Of a stretch of DNA of 35,453 nt, positions 27,201 through 35,023 are shown piece by piece. A program made the position numbers and the translations under genes. Source of the stretch: an uncultured Clostridia bacterium (GTDB lineage Bacteria; Bacillota; Clostridia; Christensenellales; UBA3700); the NCBI GenBank assembly GCA_946623205.1, contig CAMOQV010000003.1:1-35453 (forward strand), read 5' to 3'. The stretch's first letter is position 1, and each line of letters opens with the position of its first letter. The notes below the pieces were generated by a model. That model made no database searches, was not told where the DNA came from, and saw only the letters and a list, made by a program, of their open reading frames with translations.

Positions 27201-28906
27201 AGAGCATTGATCATGATAGAAAGAATGATATGTATCCAGGCTATTTAGTAATCGATCCAATTAAGGTAGATATTCTAAAGTCTGAAACAGCATTCCCAAG
27301 CAAGGTTAATGTTGTATACATAAACAATACAACTGCAGAAATGGATGTTGTTAAGTGGGAAGTCGAAACAGCAGAAGATGTATGGGAAGTAGTTGATTTA
27401 TCTACATACACCGTACCTCTAAACAACACATTTGGTCGTGTAAGATGCTATATCACTCAAAATCTAACACCATTTGTTTTAGACTATGTTGTATTAGAAA
27501 GAGATGGTATCTTAATGACACCAAATACTGAAGATATTAAAAATGCAGTAGTTGATCCATATGATTACGAAGTAAATGCAAATGGCGCAATTACATATGA
27601 TGTATTTGCTTCTGTACTAGACGTTGAATATATCGTAGGTTACTCAGTTAAACTTCTAGACTTAGGTGAAGACGGAATCGAAGGAAAGAGCGCTTCTGGC
27701 AAGGTAGATGATAAGACTATTATCAACAAGGTAGTGCCTCTAGAATCAGACGTTAGAGCTATTAAGAGAGATATGAAGAGTGAATATACATACGATAAAG
27801 AATCAGGTTTGTATATGAAGGAAATTGAAGGCGTATTGCATTCATTCAAATTGACAGTTAAAGAACAAACTTTGAATTATACATTACCAGTTACATGGGA
27901 TTTATCTGTTAATTTATCTACTTCAGGTGCAAAAGAATTAATCAGCTTCTATTTTGGTGAAGATGATTACAAGATTACAAAGCAAGTTGAAGTTACATTT
28001 GCAAATAAGACTCTAGAGTATGTTGCTAAGGAAGATGGTTATATCTTTGAAGCATATGTTGCTCCAGAAACATTAAAGACTGTAACAATTTCTCAAAAAG
28101 AGTTGAACTCTACAAAGGCAACAAGAAGTATGAAAGTTGGCTTCACAGATGGTACAACAAGAGAAATGGATGTAGTTTTGGATCTTCAAACAATTAAGAA
28201 GGGAGACAATGTTGTAGGCACATCTGCATTCAAGAATCCAACAGTTTATAACTATCAAGAAACAACAGTAGCAGCAGCAATCGATACATACTATGTTCTT
28301 GGTAGATATACAGAATTGAACTTAAGAGGAAATGGTATTGGATATGTTCAATATGAATATAAAGAAATCGCATTTGAATCTTTAGATATTGGTGAAACAT
28401 ATTACTATATCACAAAGGATGGATATCAAGAAGTTGTGGTAGCAGCAGAAAAGGCAAATGTAAATGCTCAAACTCAATACTATAGACGTTATGATGTTAA
28501 GTATTATACATTTGAAGAAGTTTCTGGAACTGTAGGAACATACAGTGAAGAAACAACTACAACATACTATATAAAGAGTGATGATTCTTACATCCCAGTT
28601 CAAGTTTCTAATGGCTATAAATTTGGTAATATGACATATTACACAAGAAAAGATGCTGTAGATGTAAGCGCATCAACAAAAGGTACATTCTATACATATA
28701 GCGAGGATGCTTCAAATAGACACGACTATGTTGCTGTTGAATCTTTGAATACATCATCTCCAAAATATAATGCAAAGGAAGGTTATAAGTATTATATGTT
28801 AAGTATTACTAACGACTATACGGTTACTGCATATATTGGTGCAGAGAACCCTGCATTAAAACAAAGTATCGAAATTAAGATACACATTTTCGCAGAGGAG
28901 GTATAA
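18299..28906 (+). CDS. Giant predicted lipoprotein (3535 aa) with repeated beta/helix modules, acidic linkers and C-terminal Ig-like repeats
   Basis: Basic N-terminus, h-region and LYGC lipobox-like site (Cys27); Pro-rich linker; uninterrupted 10.6 kb ORF; P...V.Y.DG....V.W Ig-like motifs. Confidence 0.85.
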   Translation: MRSIKVILSILLVLMLLSTMLIALYGCQGDPNNEKPVDPPTPTPTPTPTPPPDIDPDPVDPVDPVDPIDPVDPSTTKKVVKKIDQFLCFAELLGGTKTPQSAGEYKVLSIYFDINTRDAGSSDEFTKKRLVFRTNVSIKREKITFKDEYEFRNYINGAELYISPSEGKYTKSTGYKENTQYYYKTKGTTYVGISFDTEEEYDAFMIGGHTVYAFNANDGTYTKATTFNKNTEYFKVTTGGDDSQYVVKMFDLTEASKDENLSEAGEDDNANVISFGNDEGYLSIGTATTEEELEEQLIFEDKGELIWALYTVNGKMFLDKGEDKELLYFEDFDMDYVNAIAKNLLDSLSDGKYDGSLNGPLFAMIDDMIGGAITINGILGLLKSFIFPTKATKTTITEGKTVTSTYELEIGINSLIAQLQKLVSTVMSLPFIDLPFDLQVDPLISFLKDITPKMKVYLVGEIVDGKTTTFGLKVLDNDEANKGTTYKETILNFDISNSTVYRVTPANLDIPERVMKAQYDETFSLTNLAFSLDIVLNSNGNLDVGAVLNGILGKELLPAETIIVNAATGFRLDLALDADLNYGKLEDESEVIEYVDELGQKRYKHPLLDNNFLVLELYLIGVDIDPKTQQHILIDEEALIGIYYKDGSIYANLGHLLERYYSGSNLKVNIEGIPEVIQYVVDLVSNALDGVFAKTLKWGDWRTWSDLWNYKYGTSEDAPLSSAEPADSTDNEDPILDPNDVVVGIQGSESGYKVSTNLITFLKAVGAVVGLGDIFSSNDEQTAIVITVNTVLFNGIKALASDLDLNLPDGLIAELSINFDEEGSIRSIAIAAAVDSRVGFKDENGEWYIGNKILYNPLLFTIDGIKYYEDPNFDPEDTETIPNFDTDDEERDFTEEKPKSSFSIVYVRDNVAGATGRRYYLDRAADDDDFAYLGYMANGKPVIYDDSSKIDSGIKEYYDKAKNLYYITKGDKTIETKFQPSTYIYKGEWVVGYGLEAGTGETKGTKKIDGVDYSILTDAKYFTFETQVLAQGLEAEIVLHDFMLLYEAGYLNKFDGYKGHYGATKAIEGYILDKTHTVAEVSADVLKKGGDFLLKDPASGDYFPVTLEKDEYDPALGEFFTLEERTYVDSISKFIDSLLTRGTFFSLNLAIDFSAGKYDLAPLISLFLPEMKGKHLIWEFTGDFQLDASLNLGVLLNQADPEQSKLVLELVANKDIKIGDNILFAGGSTILGLYGDGTKVYAELENIKLLNIVLPNLAANIDYTTVLYKLIGDKEIFDLTFNIMDLINGDNEDEGASNSEEVALAPEDPQDPEDPQDQNVAATPLPLTSLADALTLFIDKNIVEVTITIAGIQKLLASFGVDLGIALTDIMQLAVDLKLDRNKGVFLDITGALMPKYDEELSENNGNYFDDDLRIALRLATGYDFEYVLDENGHKTYDKYGKAIKNKVRNSDAYAPVEIGNVEELLANYETKFLALESQTDKYHDDLIQAILQVIGDLKLSIKIKASVLNSIWDINKIIDTIVADRGDRFALPIKVLFDDWDTEVELLVQWYLDLNNFKNTQIKIEIRYEDHVWIGLYVYKNSLVLDLNGLGLFDIEVTNLKVIASLGNVIQTLTSSIADLSLTNLLGGLIDGLFEENNEEGQSNVEEETSATEGEQAQADEDQAQADSDTSNAGLAIENDSEASNELISMLLNAVSIQDTELSAHITADVFEAIFRELVGFSMYLEFDVGAKLDIKEGRLTVDVGVERAVNANITLQLSAGERGAHKFDLDLDSIPNLNALTGEDLVKTLLKNLDIGLYVDLDQYTSTSGQAIYTRIYIEKLNARKRLTDKAIAQKGSILVTLADIDLAEFNNAGSGNVTPLVYVELDYTAGKMNLTFGSNLLVANVIGIKIDIGSLIGTIGIDLDLVNMLGPTLDGLLDTISGLVEGLMGNNNVADSSESGDEDATPPAPVVPTQELGEAVDIIEIVSDEEWGKDGNVRAKSNGKYINEGKYYLHGGNLYILDSSDETGPLVQLKGIDIDSEARLPELVQDGYGKDDPTKNYSRSYCKLTVDGVTTYYICKAGTGLDRRNYKWHAGNTVNALSGFFSSLDILSLFEELTLYLSCDKESQVGVLNADVTVNVYQLNSIIDHLMYYILGPETILNLKELTAENAEKGEGIYFNANYLSKVHWNRQDQNALLNELWEVITSDQSFPDGNHNFLSDILNAVGYGALSGLVGMVKGAIKDSFDGIIKKLIPFAVTNESHLGLNIVRGQLTSIYLTNDDKNENIFDEYGNSYTFYNGSKVVKYYNDANNNGVWDEGETGGRSDNYFTNLHIFNTSASVGDAQYTGVDGAITWDNTPATITYNPYMYESHAKAAEQLYNSYFGTGHIATFQRATELYKAEMTFKFIDVNGNVISTISSKNDIAAKLETPGTYYIQASAAFKNGAETRTLRIKFVVQGGEGVDNITDIDTQKMFVYQAMPAYIFIYTGSGVRRIETTNLQFAFADEDGNAPAASSDAWVLGTTPTPTKIRDDSEGSNGDWDQDVYIKFPNGTISPVPMTIHYKDSTIDEIIIADENGENRLKDNTWTVNLYEFNTEDTLENFMPAKLYFKYSDGTATQMPVTWTNTEEAAKLFDRVKYGSSEYSKVTEATYTLTANIGTGNLKQSKDITFYVPAREVSSVSVGNRTNLLNIQPYEYYLYLIDSTKYAKYNPYQDQIMVNYKTFSENVYVKWAEEDASKVDYSWGENIETKAKDRSFVRKVYLNGDKYPSGDIFHWDQDVTVNITRNQIQGIYFDEKCTQTTIVVDPYVYYNTVDKFEYFRQKYSEAYVKFTNGYVLKMPIAFDKDEILAMNVDYETNYAQFTIAIGFDVAKYYAYTTALNYKAGETYYKATLRDDVTADNFATITRSEQLYVINDGMYVKASKYDKDAQYYTIVVDDTITSQATFNAASNVLTTGALDVFTDVYNSKYYQEYAINVKVNAVAIKSIDHDRKNDMYPGYLVIDPIKVDILKSETAFPSKVNVVYINNTTAEMDVVKWEVETAEDVWEVVDLSTYTVPLNNTFGRVRCYITQNLTPFVLDYVVLERDGILMTPNTEDIKNAVVDPYDYEVNANGAITYDVFASVLDVEYIVGYSVKLLDLGEDGIEGKSASGKVDDKTIINKVVPLESDVRAIKRDMKSEYTYDKESGLYMKEIEGVLHSFKLTVKEQTLNYTLPVTWDLSVNLSTSGAKELISFYFGEDDYKITKQVEVTFANKTLEYVAKEDGYIFEAYVAPETLKTVTISQKELNSTKATRSMKVGFTDGTTREMDVVLDLQTIKKGDNVVGTSAFKNPTVYNYQETTVAAAIDTYYVLGRYTELNLRGNGIGYVQYEYKEIAFESLDIGETYYYITKDGYQEVVVAAEKANVNAQTQYYRRYDVKYYTFEEVSGTVGTYSEETTTTYYIKSDDSYIPVQVSNGYKFGNMTYYTRKDAVDVSASTKGTFYTYSEDASNRHDYVAVESLNTSSPKYNAKEGYKYYMLSITNDYTVTAYIGAENPALKQSIEIKIHIFAEEV
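18404..18517 (+). repeat. In-frame Pro-Thr and Asp-Pro-Val/Ile tandem repeats
   Basis: ACACCAACACCT 12-mers and GATCCAGTC-like 9-mers encoding PTPTPTPT and DPVDPVDPVDPIDPVDP. Confidence 0.9.
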
Positions 28907-28908
28907 AG

Positions 28909-31900
28909 ATGAATAACGCTAAATCTTTAAAAACTCTATATTTAATAGGAATTGTAAGTTTAATAGTTGTTTTAATGTTAGGACTAACTCTTAACACACT
29001 ATATAACAATGAAGTATCAGTTGAAGCAAAAGCTGAAACTATTGCTGCAACTGTAGAATCTAAATTTGGTTCAATATACAATGAAGAAGGAAGTGCATAT
29101 CATAAGTCAAGCGAGCAATTAACAGCAGAATATGGATCTTATGTAGAGATTAATTCATATGCTACATTAAGCTCTTTCTTAAATGCATCTAATTCAGCTG
29201 GAACTGTTGGCGTTTTAGTTAACAATATTGATTTTGTATTAGCAAACGAATCTAACGCTCAATTTGCAGGTACATTGGATGGTAACGGATATAAAATAAC
29301 AATCACTGCCACAGGAATTACAATGACGAATTTCTTCCAACATAACTATTTCAAAGGTGATGTGGATTATTGCTACGCAGGAATGTTAGTTGGTGTTAAC
29401 CGTGGAAGAATTAAAAATTTAAAAATTGATTGGAATGGTAGTTTAAATGTAAATGCTACAAATTCAAACGGTGGTGTTATTAAAACTCCAGACACGAATA
29501 GGCCATTTGTAACAGGTATCGTTTGCGGATTAAACGCTGAAGGCGCTGTAATAGACAATCTAGAATTAAATATCAATGGCGCATTTGCTGTTGGAAAGGG
29601 CTCAGGATCATCAGAGACAGACGTTAGAGGACAATCTGCAATAGCAGGTGGTGTATGTGGCGCTCTATATAAAGGAACAATTTCACATTGTACAGTTAAC
29701 AACAATGGTGGCGTATTGAGCGTGGCAGATGGTTCAACATCTGGAACTGGATGTAAATCTGGTTCATCTGCAGCAGGTGGATTTGTAGGCACTATTTATC
29801 CATCTTCAGATTCAAAATTAAAAACTTGTATTTTAACAGGAAATGGTCCAGTTAGAGCTATTAGTTATAATGATACAAAGAATAGAAACAATGATGGTTT
29901 CTGGGGCTTTGCAGGCGGTGCCGTTGGCGCAAGTTTAACAGTTGTTATGAATGGTACAGTTAACGAAGTAAAAGGTGTCCAAGTCTATTTGTTGCAAGAT
30001 GGCCAAATTGATGGATTGATTTCGTCATGGACTGGATATACTGAGCATTATTGGAAGAATCAAGACACGAAAGATAGAGATGACTTTAATCAAGTAGATT
30101 TCGCACAATGGGGTAACCAATCTGGTGCATCTGTTTGGGCATCAACTCACCAAGGTGCATTATTCGGAATCGTAGATCCTACAGCTAGTGCTTCAGATTC
30201 ATATTCATCATTACTTGATGTAATAGTAACATACGAATTTAATGCAGTTGTTGGAGCACAAGATGACACAGGTGGAAAATATATCGACAATAACTCTCAC
30301 GTTACTACAGGCGCATGGAATGAAGTATATTCATTAAACAATGGTGGTAGCGTAAAAGTTGGATATGATAAAAATTCTAAGCCAAGAATAATTGCTTCTG
30401 CAGATGATTATGATTTAGAAGATGTTGATAGTCTAGACAAAGATAAGCTATATGACAAAGTTTCTAGTGGCAAAATTATTTGGTCTTCAAACTTCATGTA
30501 TTATGCAGATGTAAAAGATGATGAAGGAAACGTTATAGGACAAGAAAAGAAATATTATGAGAATTTAATTCCAACACAAGAAGTTCCAGCAGAAGTAAGA
30601 TATTTTGCTTCAGGAGAAGGTCATGTATATGAATATACATTTGGTGAAATTGTTAATGTTAGCTTTGTAAATAATAATACAACGGATAATGTAAGTCTTG
30701 CATTAACAGAATATAGTAAGTTGTTTGACAAGGGCTTATTCCATATGCCATCAACAATAATTAAAGATTCAGATAATCAAGTTGCAGATGGCTTACATGC
30801 TTCATTAGAAACATTATATTTTGTTAGAGGAAGAGAAGCTGCAATAGATTTAAGTGAACATAGCAATATAGCAAGTTTATTATATTTACCAGGCGATTAT
30901 GAATTCGCTTGCAAACAAATCGTTAATAACCAAAGATTTGCATATTACGACGAAACAAATCACTATATTGCAAATTACAATGAAGATTTACATAAATTCT
31001 ATTATAGTGTATTAGAAGATAATGGAACATTATTAAATGTTTCATCTGAAAGTACATCATTACACTGGAAGACGGATGTTGATACGATAACATTTAATTA
31101 TGGCAACAAAGCAAATATTATCGATTACTATACTGTAACAAAAGGAAGCAATGCTAATCCATATATTAAGAAGAACATGCCAACTGATTCTGTATCTGAA
31201 TCTATAGTAATTTCAGAATCTGGTAATTTCTTCTATACAGTAGGTGCATATATTGTTAACCCATTATTAGATACTAAATACTTTACACAACAAGAAATTG
31301 ATTCAGGCATTTATAACTATTTACAAATCGGCAAGTCAAGTGTTCAAGTATTTGTAGATAACAAAGGACCAGAAATTACAAACATTAAGTATTATGAATA
31401 CGATGAAGATAATGAAGAAGATTTCTATAAAGGTGAAGAAATTAAAATCTTCAATAAAGATGAATGGCAAGATACAGACATCGTTATCACTTATGATGTT
31501 GTAGAAAAGTGGAACACAATAAACATTGGTAGTGGCCATGCAAAAGTAGATGATTCAAACGATAAGAAGTGGCAATGTTCATTAATCTTGACAGAAAAGA
31601 ATCCAGTAGCAACCGTTAAGTATTCAGATACATGGGATAATGTAACTATATATGTGTTTGAATCAAAGATTGATACAACAAATATGGATTTAAATGATGT
31701 TCAAGTATTGAACGAGAAAGAATATCTTCGTTATGAAGGTCAAATGGATTATTCTCCAGTTGCATTGATTATTTCATTCACTCCAGTATTTGGCGCTTCT
31801 GGTGCACATTTGTATTATTCACATGAAGAAGTTGATGGTGAATCAGTTTGGGTTGAATCAGAACAAGAATTAAAGTCTAATCAACCAAACAAATTTATTG

Positions 31901-34900
31901 TTGATTATGAATTAATCAATCAACCAATTAGATTAAAGTTGGTAAATGATAATGGCATTCACAGCGAAATTCTAGCAAAGAATGGAGAATATAGCGACGG
32001 TTATATTAGACACCAAGCTGACGATATCGACGAAGATGTAAAAGAAGCTAAAGCAAAAGCATGGAACATCAGAGTTGTAGTTGCTGCTATGGGTATTACA
32101 TATGATAACATCTTCTATAAAAATGCAAATGAAGAAGAATTTACATATGATGCGGCTCATTCATTAAAAACATTGCTTTCAACAGAAGAAGGAAAAGCAA
32201 CATTCAAAGGATGGGTTGATAGAGCTTATGATGGTACAAATAAAGCTTATGTTGATTTACGTGCAAAGGTTTACACAAGCGGAACAACGTTGATGTCAAA
32301 TACAATTTTGTATTATTCACAATTCTATCAATATTCAGAACCAGCAATTGAAGAAAGTATGTTAGATGTTCAATTAACATTCGATTCAAAAGATGCTGGA
32401 ACACGTAACTTGTTTATTAAAGTTTCAGGAAAAGATGAATATCTAAGCAGATATGAATTCAGATTCTTAGAAAGCGGTCAACAACCTGAAGAATATGCTG
32501 AATTGATTGGCGAAGAATATGCAAATCAAGAAAATAAGCAAATGGATGGTCAATATACTATTTCTCCATATGAATTAACGGGATATTTAGATGCAGCATT
32601 TGGCGCTGGTGATTTGTCTTATGTTTTCGGTCAAGATATCTTAACACAAATTATTATTGCCGGTGTTGGTGATGATGAAATCATATTAGATTTAACAAGT
32701 TCAGCTGTTAAGACTCATGATGACGAAAAGGATATTGATATTTATCCATCAGCTGGATCATATAGCTTAAGCAATGCTGTTATTTCTGATGATAATGGTG
32801 ATAATAAAGCATCATTTATGAATAACTATGAAGTTATAGCAGAAACTAAGCCATTTGAAATTATACCAAAGAATGTAATTGTTAATGCTTTATTAGATGG
32901 TAAAGATACATATGCAACAACAATATTATTTGATGGCAAAAACCATTATGTAGGTGGAACATATGTAGATATCTATGGGGATTATCAAAATATTAAGGTT
33001 ACATATTATAAATATAATGCTCAAAATGATTCTTGGATTGAGGCTGAAGAAGAACTTGATGGCGGAGTTAAGCAAGCTGGTAGATATAAGGCTTTATTAT
33101 CTTCTAGCGATCCAAATTACGCAGTTGCAAATACTGGTAAAGAAATTAAGTTCATTATTCAATATGGTGCATTACCTTTTGATCAAAGTGAACAAATAAA
33201 GACATTCAATGGGGAGGCACAAGCATTCAGTATTATTACAGATATAGATTTAGCTACATATGAAGCCCCAATGGTAATTGATTATTATAGATTGAATTCT
33301 GAAGGCATTCCAGGCACAGAAAAAGTTACTCCATTTGAGGTAGGTAGATATTTGGTATTAATCGAAGTAAGTGGTAGTGATTATTTCTATAGCCAAAAAT
33401 ATGACAACATGTATTTAACAATACAAAAGGCAGATACTGAATTAACAGTTACACAAGAAATACCTGTTGTTTACGATGGAAATGCTCATACATTCAGTTT
33501 AGAAGAGTTGGATTTAGTTGTTAAAGCTGATAACGGAAATACTCAAGTAATCGTTGTAAAAGATGGCGAAGATGGCTCAAAGTATATTGAGTACACGACA
33601 TTTGATGGCAGTGAAAAAGTTACTAAGCCATATTCAGAAGTAATTGAAATTACAACAGTAGTTAATAGAAAGAAAATTGTTTTAACTGAAGCTAACTGGA
33701 ATGAATATGCACAATTTATAGCTGCTGGAGAGCATGAATATACTATTAGATTTAAGGGTGATAGTTGTTATGCAAGCACTGAAACAGTTTATAAATTCGA
33801 TATTCAATTAGCAAAATTCGATGGAATTGAATTTAACGATGCTAAATTCTATTTCACAACAAAAGATACTTATCATTCAATTTATATTGAAGATAACGAA
33901 GCGTTTGCAAATTATCTTGATATGGGCGCAGTTGTAACATATTCATATACAGGTGAAGAATATAAAGATGCAAACGACCATGTTGTAAACGCTGAAACTG
34001 AGTTTGAATATAGAAAAGATACAGATAAAGAGACAAATGAAATTAAATTCAGCGAATTTGGCGAATATAGTGTTATGGCAACAATTACATTGGATAACTA
34101 TATTACAGAAAGTTATACTGCTATATTAACTATTGATAAAACAGCATTACCAAAGCTTGAGCCTGTAGCAATGGGAGAAATTGCATACGATGGTATGATT
34201 CATCCAGGTGAATTTAAGTTTGTAGATGAAAACATTACAATTAAGCCAACATATGTAAAAGGACAAGAAGCAGCAAGATTAATAGATTACTTCATGATGA
34301 TTTTAGATAAAGAACATCCTGAAGATGCTGTAAGAGTAGATGTTACTTATTCTAAGGACGCTCGTCCAGTAAATGCAGGCACATACAATGGTATTATTAC
34401 ATTATCTAGTGCAAATTATGCAGATACAGATGTAAAGGTAAGAATCGTAATTAAAGAATATGAAGCTGTAGTAAGTTTTGATTCAATTAGAAGCATTATT
34501 GCATCAATTGACGATTCAACAGATTTATCTAAATTACATCCAACATTTGAGTTTATGGGAGAAACATATTCAGCTAACTATGAATACTATGATGCAAATG
34601 GTCATAAAGTTAACTTGAATTCTGATGGTACATTGGATGCAGGAACTTACACAGTAAAAGTTTCTTTTGATAATGGAAACTTCACAACAAGTCAAACTGC
34701 AACATTAAATATTGAAGAATCAGGAAATAAAGGTGGCGGACCAGGAGAAGGTGGCGGCAGCTTTATGGAAATATTTAAAAAATATATGCTATGGTTCATT
34801 ATAGGCAGTGTTGTTATAGTTCTTGGTGTAGTTGGCGGAATAGTTGGCGGAGTGATAAGCAAAAAGAAGAAAGGCGAAAGAAGAAAGCCAACAAATAAAA

Positions 34901-35007
34901 AGCCAAAAGGATCTGGAGGCGGCAAGACAAAGAAAGAAGAACCTAGAAAGCAAGTCCCAGTTAAAAAACAAAAAGTCGAAAGTCCACAAGACAAAGCACA
35001 ATTCTAA
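28909..35007 (+). CDS. Large membrane-anchored surface protein (2032 aa): GLUG-like head, Ig-like/MBG-YDG-like stalk, C-terminal TM and basic tail
   Basis: Signal-like N-terminus (AKA-E), FAGTLDGNGYKIT, GMLVG/GIVCG/GGVCG/GGFVG/GGAVG repeats, YDG/FDG...AGxY repeats, TM at 34786-34860 then KKKKGERRK; SD GGAGG. Confidence 0.85.
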   Translation: MNNAKSLKTLYLIGIVSLIVVLMLGLTLNTLYNNEVSVEAKAETIAATVESKFGSIYNEEGSAYHKSSEQLTAEYGSYVEINSYATLSSFLNASNSAGTVGVLVNNIDFVLANESNAQFAGTLDGNGYKITITATGITMTNFFQHNYFKGDVDYCYAGMLVGVNRGRIKNLKIDWNGSLNVNATNSNGGVIKTPDTNRPFVTGIVCGLNAEGAVIDNLELNINGAFAVGKGSGSSETDVRGQSAIAGGVCGALYKGTISHCTVNNNGGVLSVADGSTSGTGCKSGSSAAGGFVGTIYPSSDSKLKTCILTGNGPVRAISYNDTKNRNNDGFWGFAGGAVGASLTVVMNGTVNEVKGVQVYLLQDGQIDGLISSWTGYTEHYWKNQDTKDRDDFNQVDFAQWGNQSGASVWASTHQGALFGIVDPTASASDSYSSLLDVIVTYEFNAVVGAQDDTGGKYIDNNSHVTTGAWNEVYSLNNGGSVKVGYDKNSKPRIIASADDYDLEDVDSLDKDKLYDKVSSGKIIWSSNFMYYADVKDDEGNVIGQEKKYYENLIPTQEVPAEVRYFASGEGHVYEYTFGEIVNVSFVNNNTTDNVSLALTEYSKLFDKGLFHMPSTIIKDSDNQVADGLHASLETLYFVRGREAAIDLSEHSNIASLLYLPGDYEFACKQIVNNQRFAYYDETNHYIANYNEDLHKFYYSVLEDNGTLLNVSSESTSLHWKTDVDTITFNYGNKANIIDYYTVTKGSNANPYIKKNMPTDSVSESIVISESGNFFYTVGAYIVNPLLDTKYFTQQEIDSGIYNYLQIGKSSVQVFVDNKGPEITNIKYYEYDEDNEEDFYKGEEIKIFNKDEWQDTDIVITYDVVEKWNTINIGSGHAKVDDSNDKKWQCSLILTEKNPVATVKYSDTWDNVTIYVFESKIDTTNMDLNDVQVLNEKEYLRYEGQMDYSPVALIISFTPVFGASGAHLYYSHEEVDGESVWVESEQELKSNQPNKFIVDYELINQPIRLKLVNDNGIHSEILAKNGEYSDGYIRHQADDIDEDVKEAKAKAWNIRVVVAAMGITYDNIFYKNANEEEFTYDAAHSLKTLLSTEEGKATFKGWVDRAYDGTNKAYVDLRAKVYTSGTTLMSNTILYYSQFYQYSEPAIEESMLDVQLTFDSKDAGTRNLFIKVSGKDEYLSRYEFRFLESGQQPEEYAELIGEEYANQENKQMDGQYTISPYELTGYLDAAFGAGDLSYVFGQDILTQIIIAGVGDDEIILDLTSSAVKTHDDEKDIDIYPSAGSYSLSNAVISDDNGDNKASFMNNYEVIAETKPFEIIPKNVIVNALLDGKDTYATTILFDGKNHYVGGTYVDIYGDYQNIKVTYYKYNAQNDSWIEAEEELDGGVKQAGRYKALLSSSDPNYAVANTGKEIKFIIQYGALPFDQSEQIKTFNGEAQAFSIITDIDLATYEAPMVIDYYRLNSEGIPGTEKVTPFEVGRYLVLIEVSGSDYFYSQKYDNMYLTIQKADTELTVTQEIPVVYDGNAHTFSLEELDLVVKADNGNTQVIVVKDGEDGSKYIEYTTFDGSEKVTKPYSEVIEITTVVNRKKIVLTEANWNEYAQFIAAGEHEYTIRFKGDSCYASTETVYKFDIQLAKFDGIEFNDAKFYFTTKDTYHSIYIEDNEAFANYLDMGAVVTYSYTGEEYKDANDHVVNAETEFEYRKDTDKETNEIKFSEFGEYSVMATITLDNYITESYTAILTIDKTALPKLEPVAMGEIAYDGMIHPGEFKFVDENITIKPTYVKGQEAARLIDYFMMILDKEHPEDAVRVDVTYSKDARPVNAGTYNGIITLSSANYADTDVKVRIVIKEYEAVVSFDSIRSIIASIDDSTDLSKLHPTFEFMGETYSANYEYYDANGHKVNLNSDGTLDAGTYTVKVSFDNGNFTTSQTATLNIEESGNKGGGPGEGGGSFMEIFKKYMLWFIIGSVVIVLGVVGGIVGGVISKKKKGERRKPTNKKPKGSGGGKTKKEEPRKQVPVKKQKVESPQDKAQF

Positions 35008-35023
35008 AAGGAGGTAATAAGAT

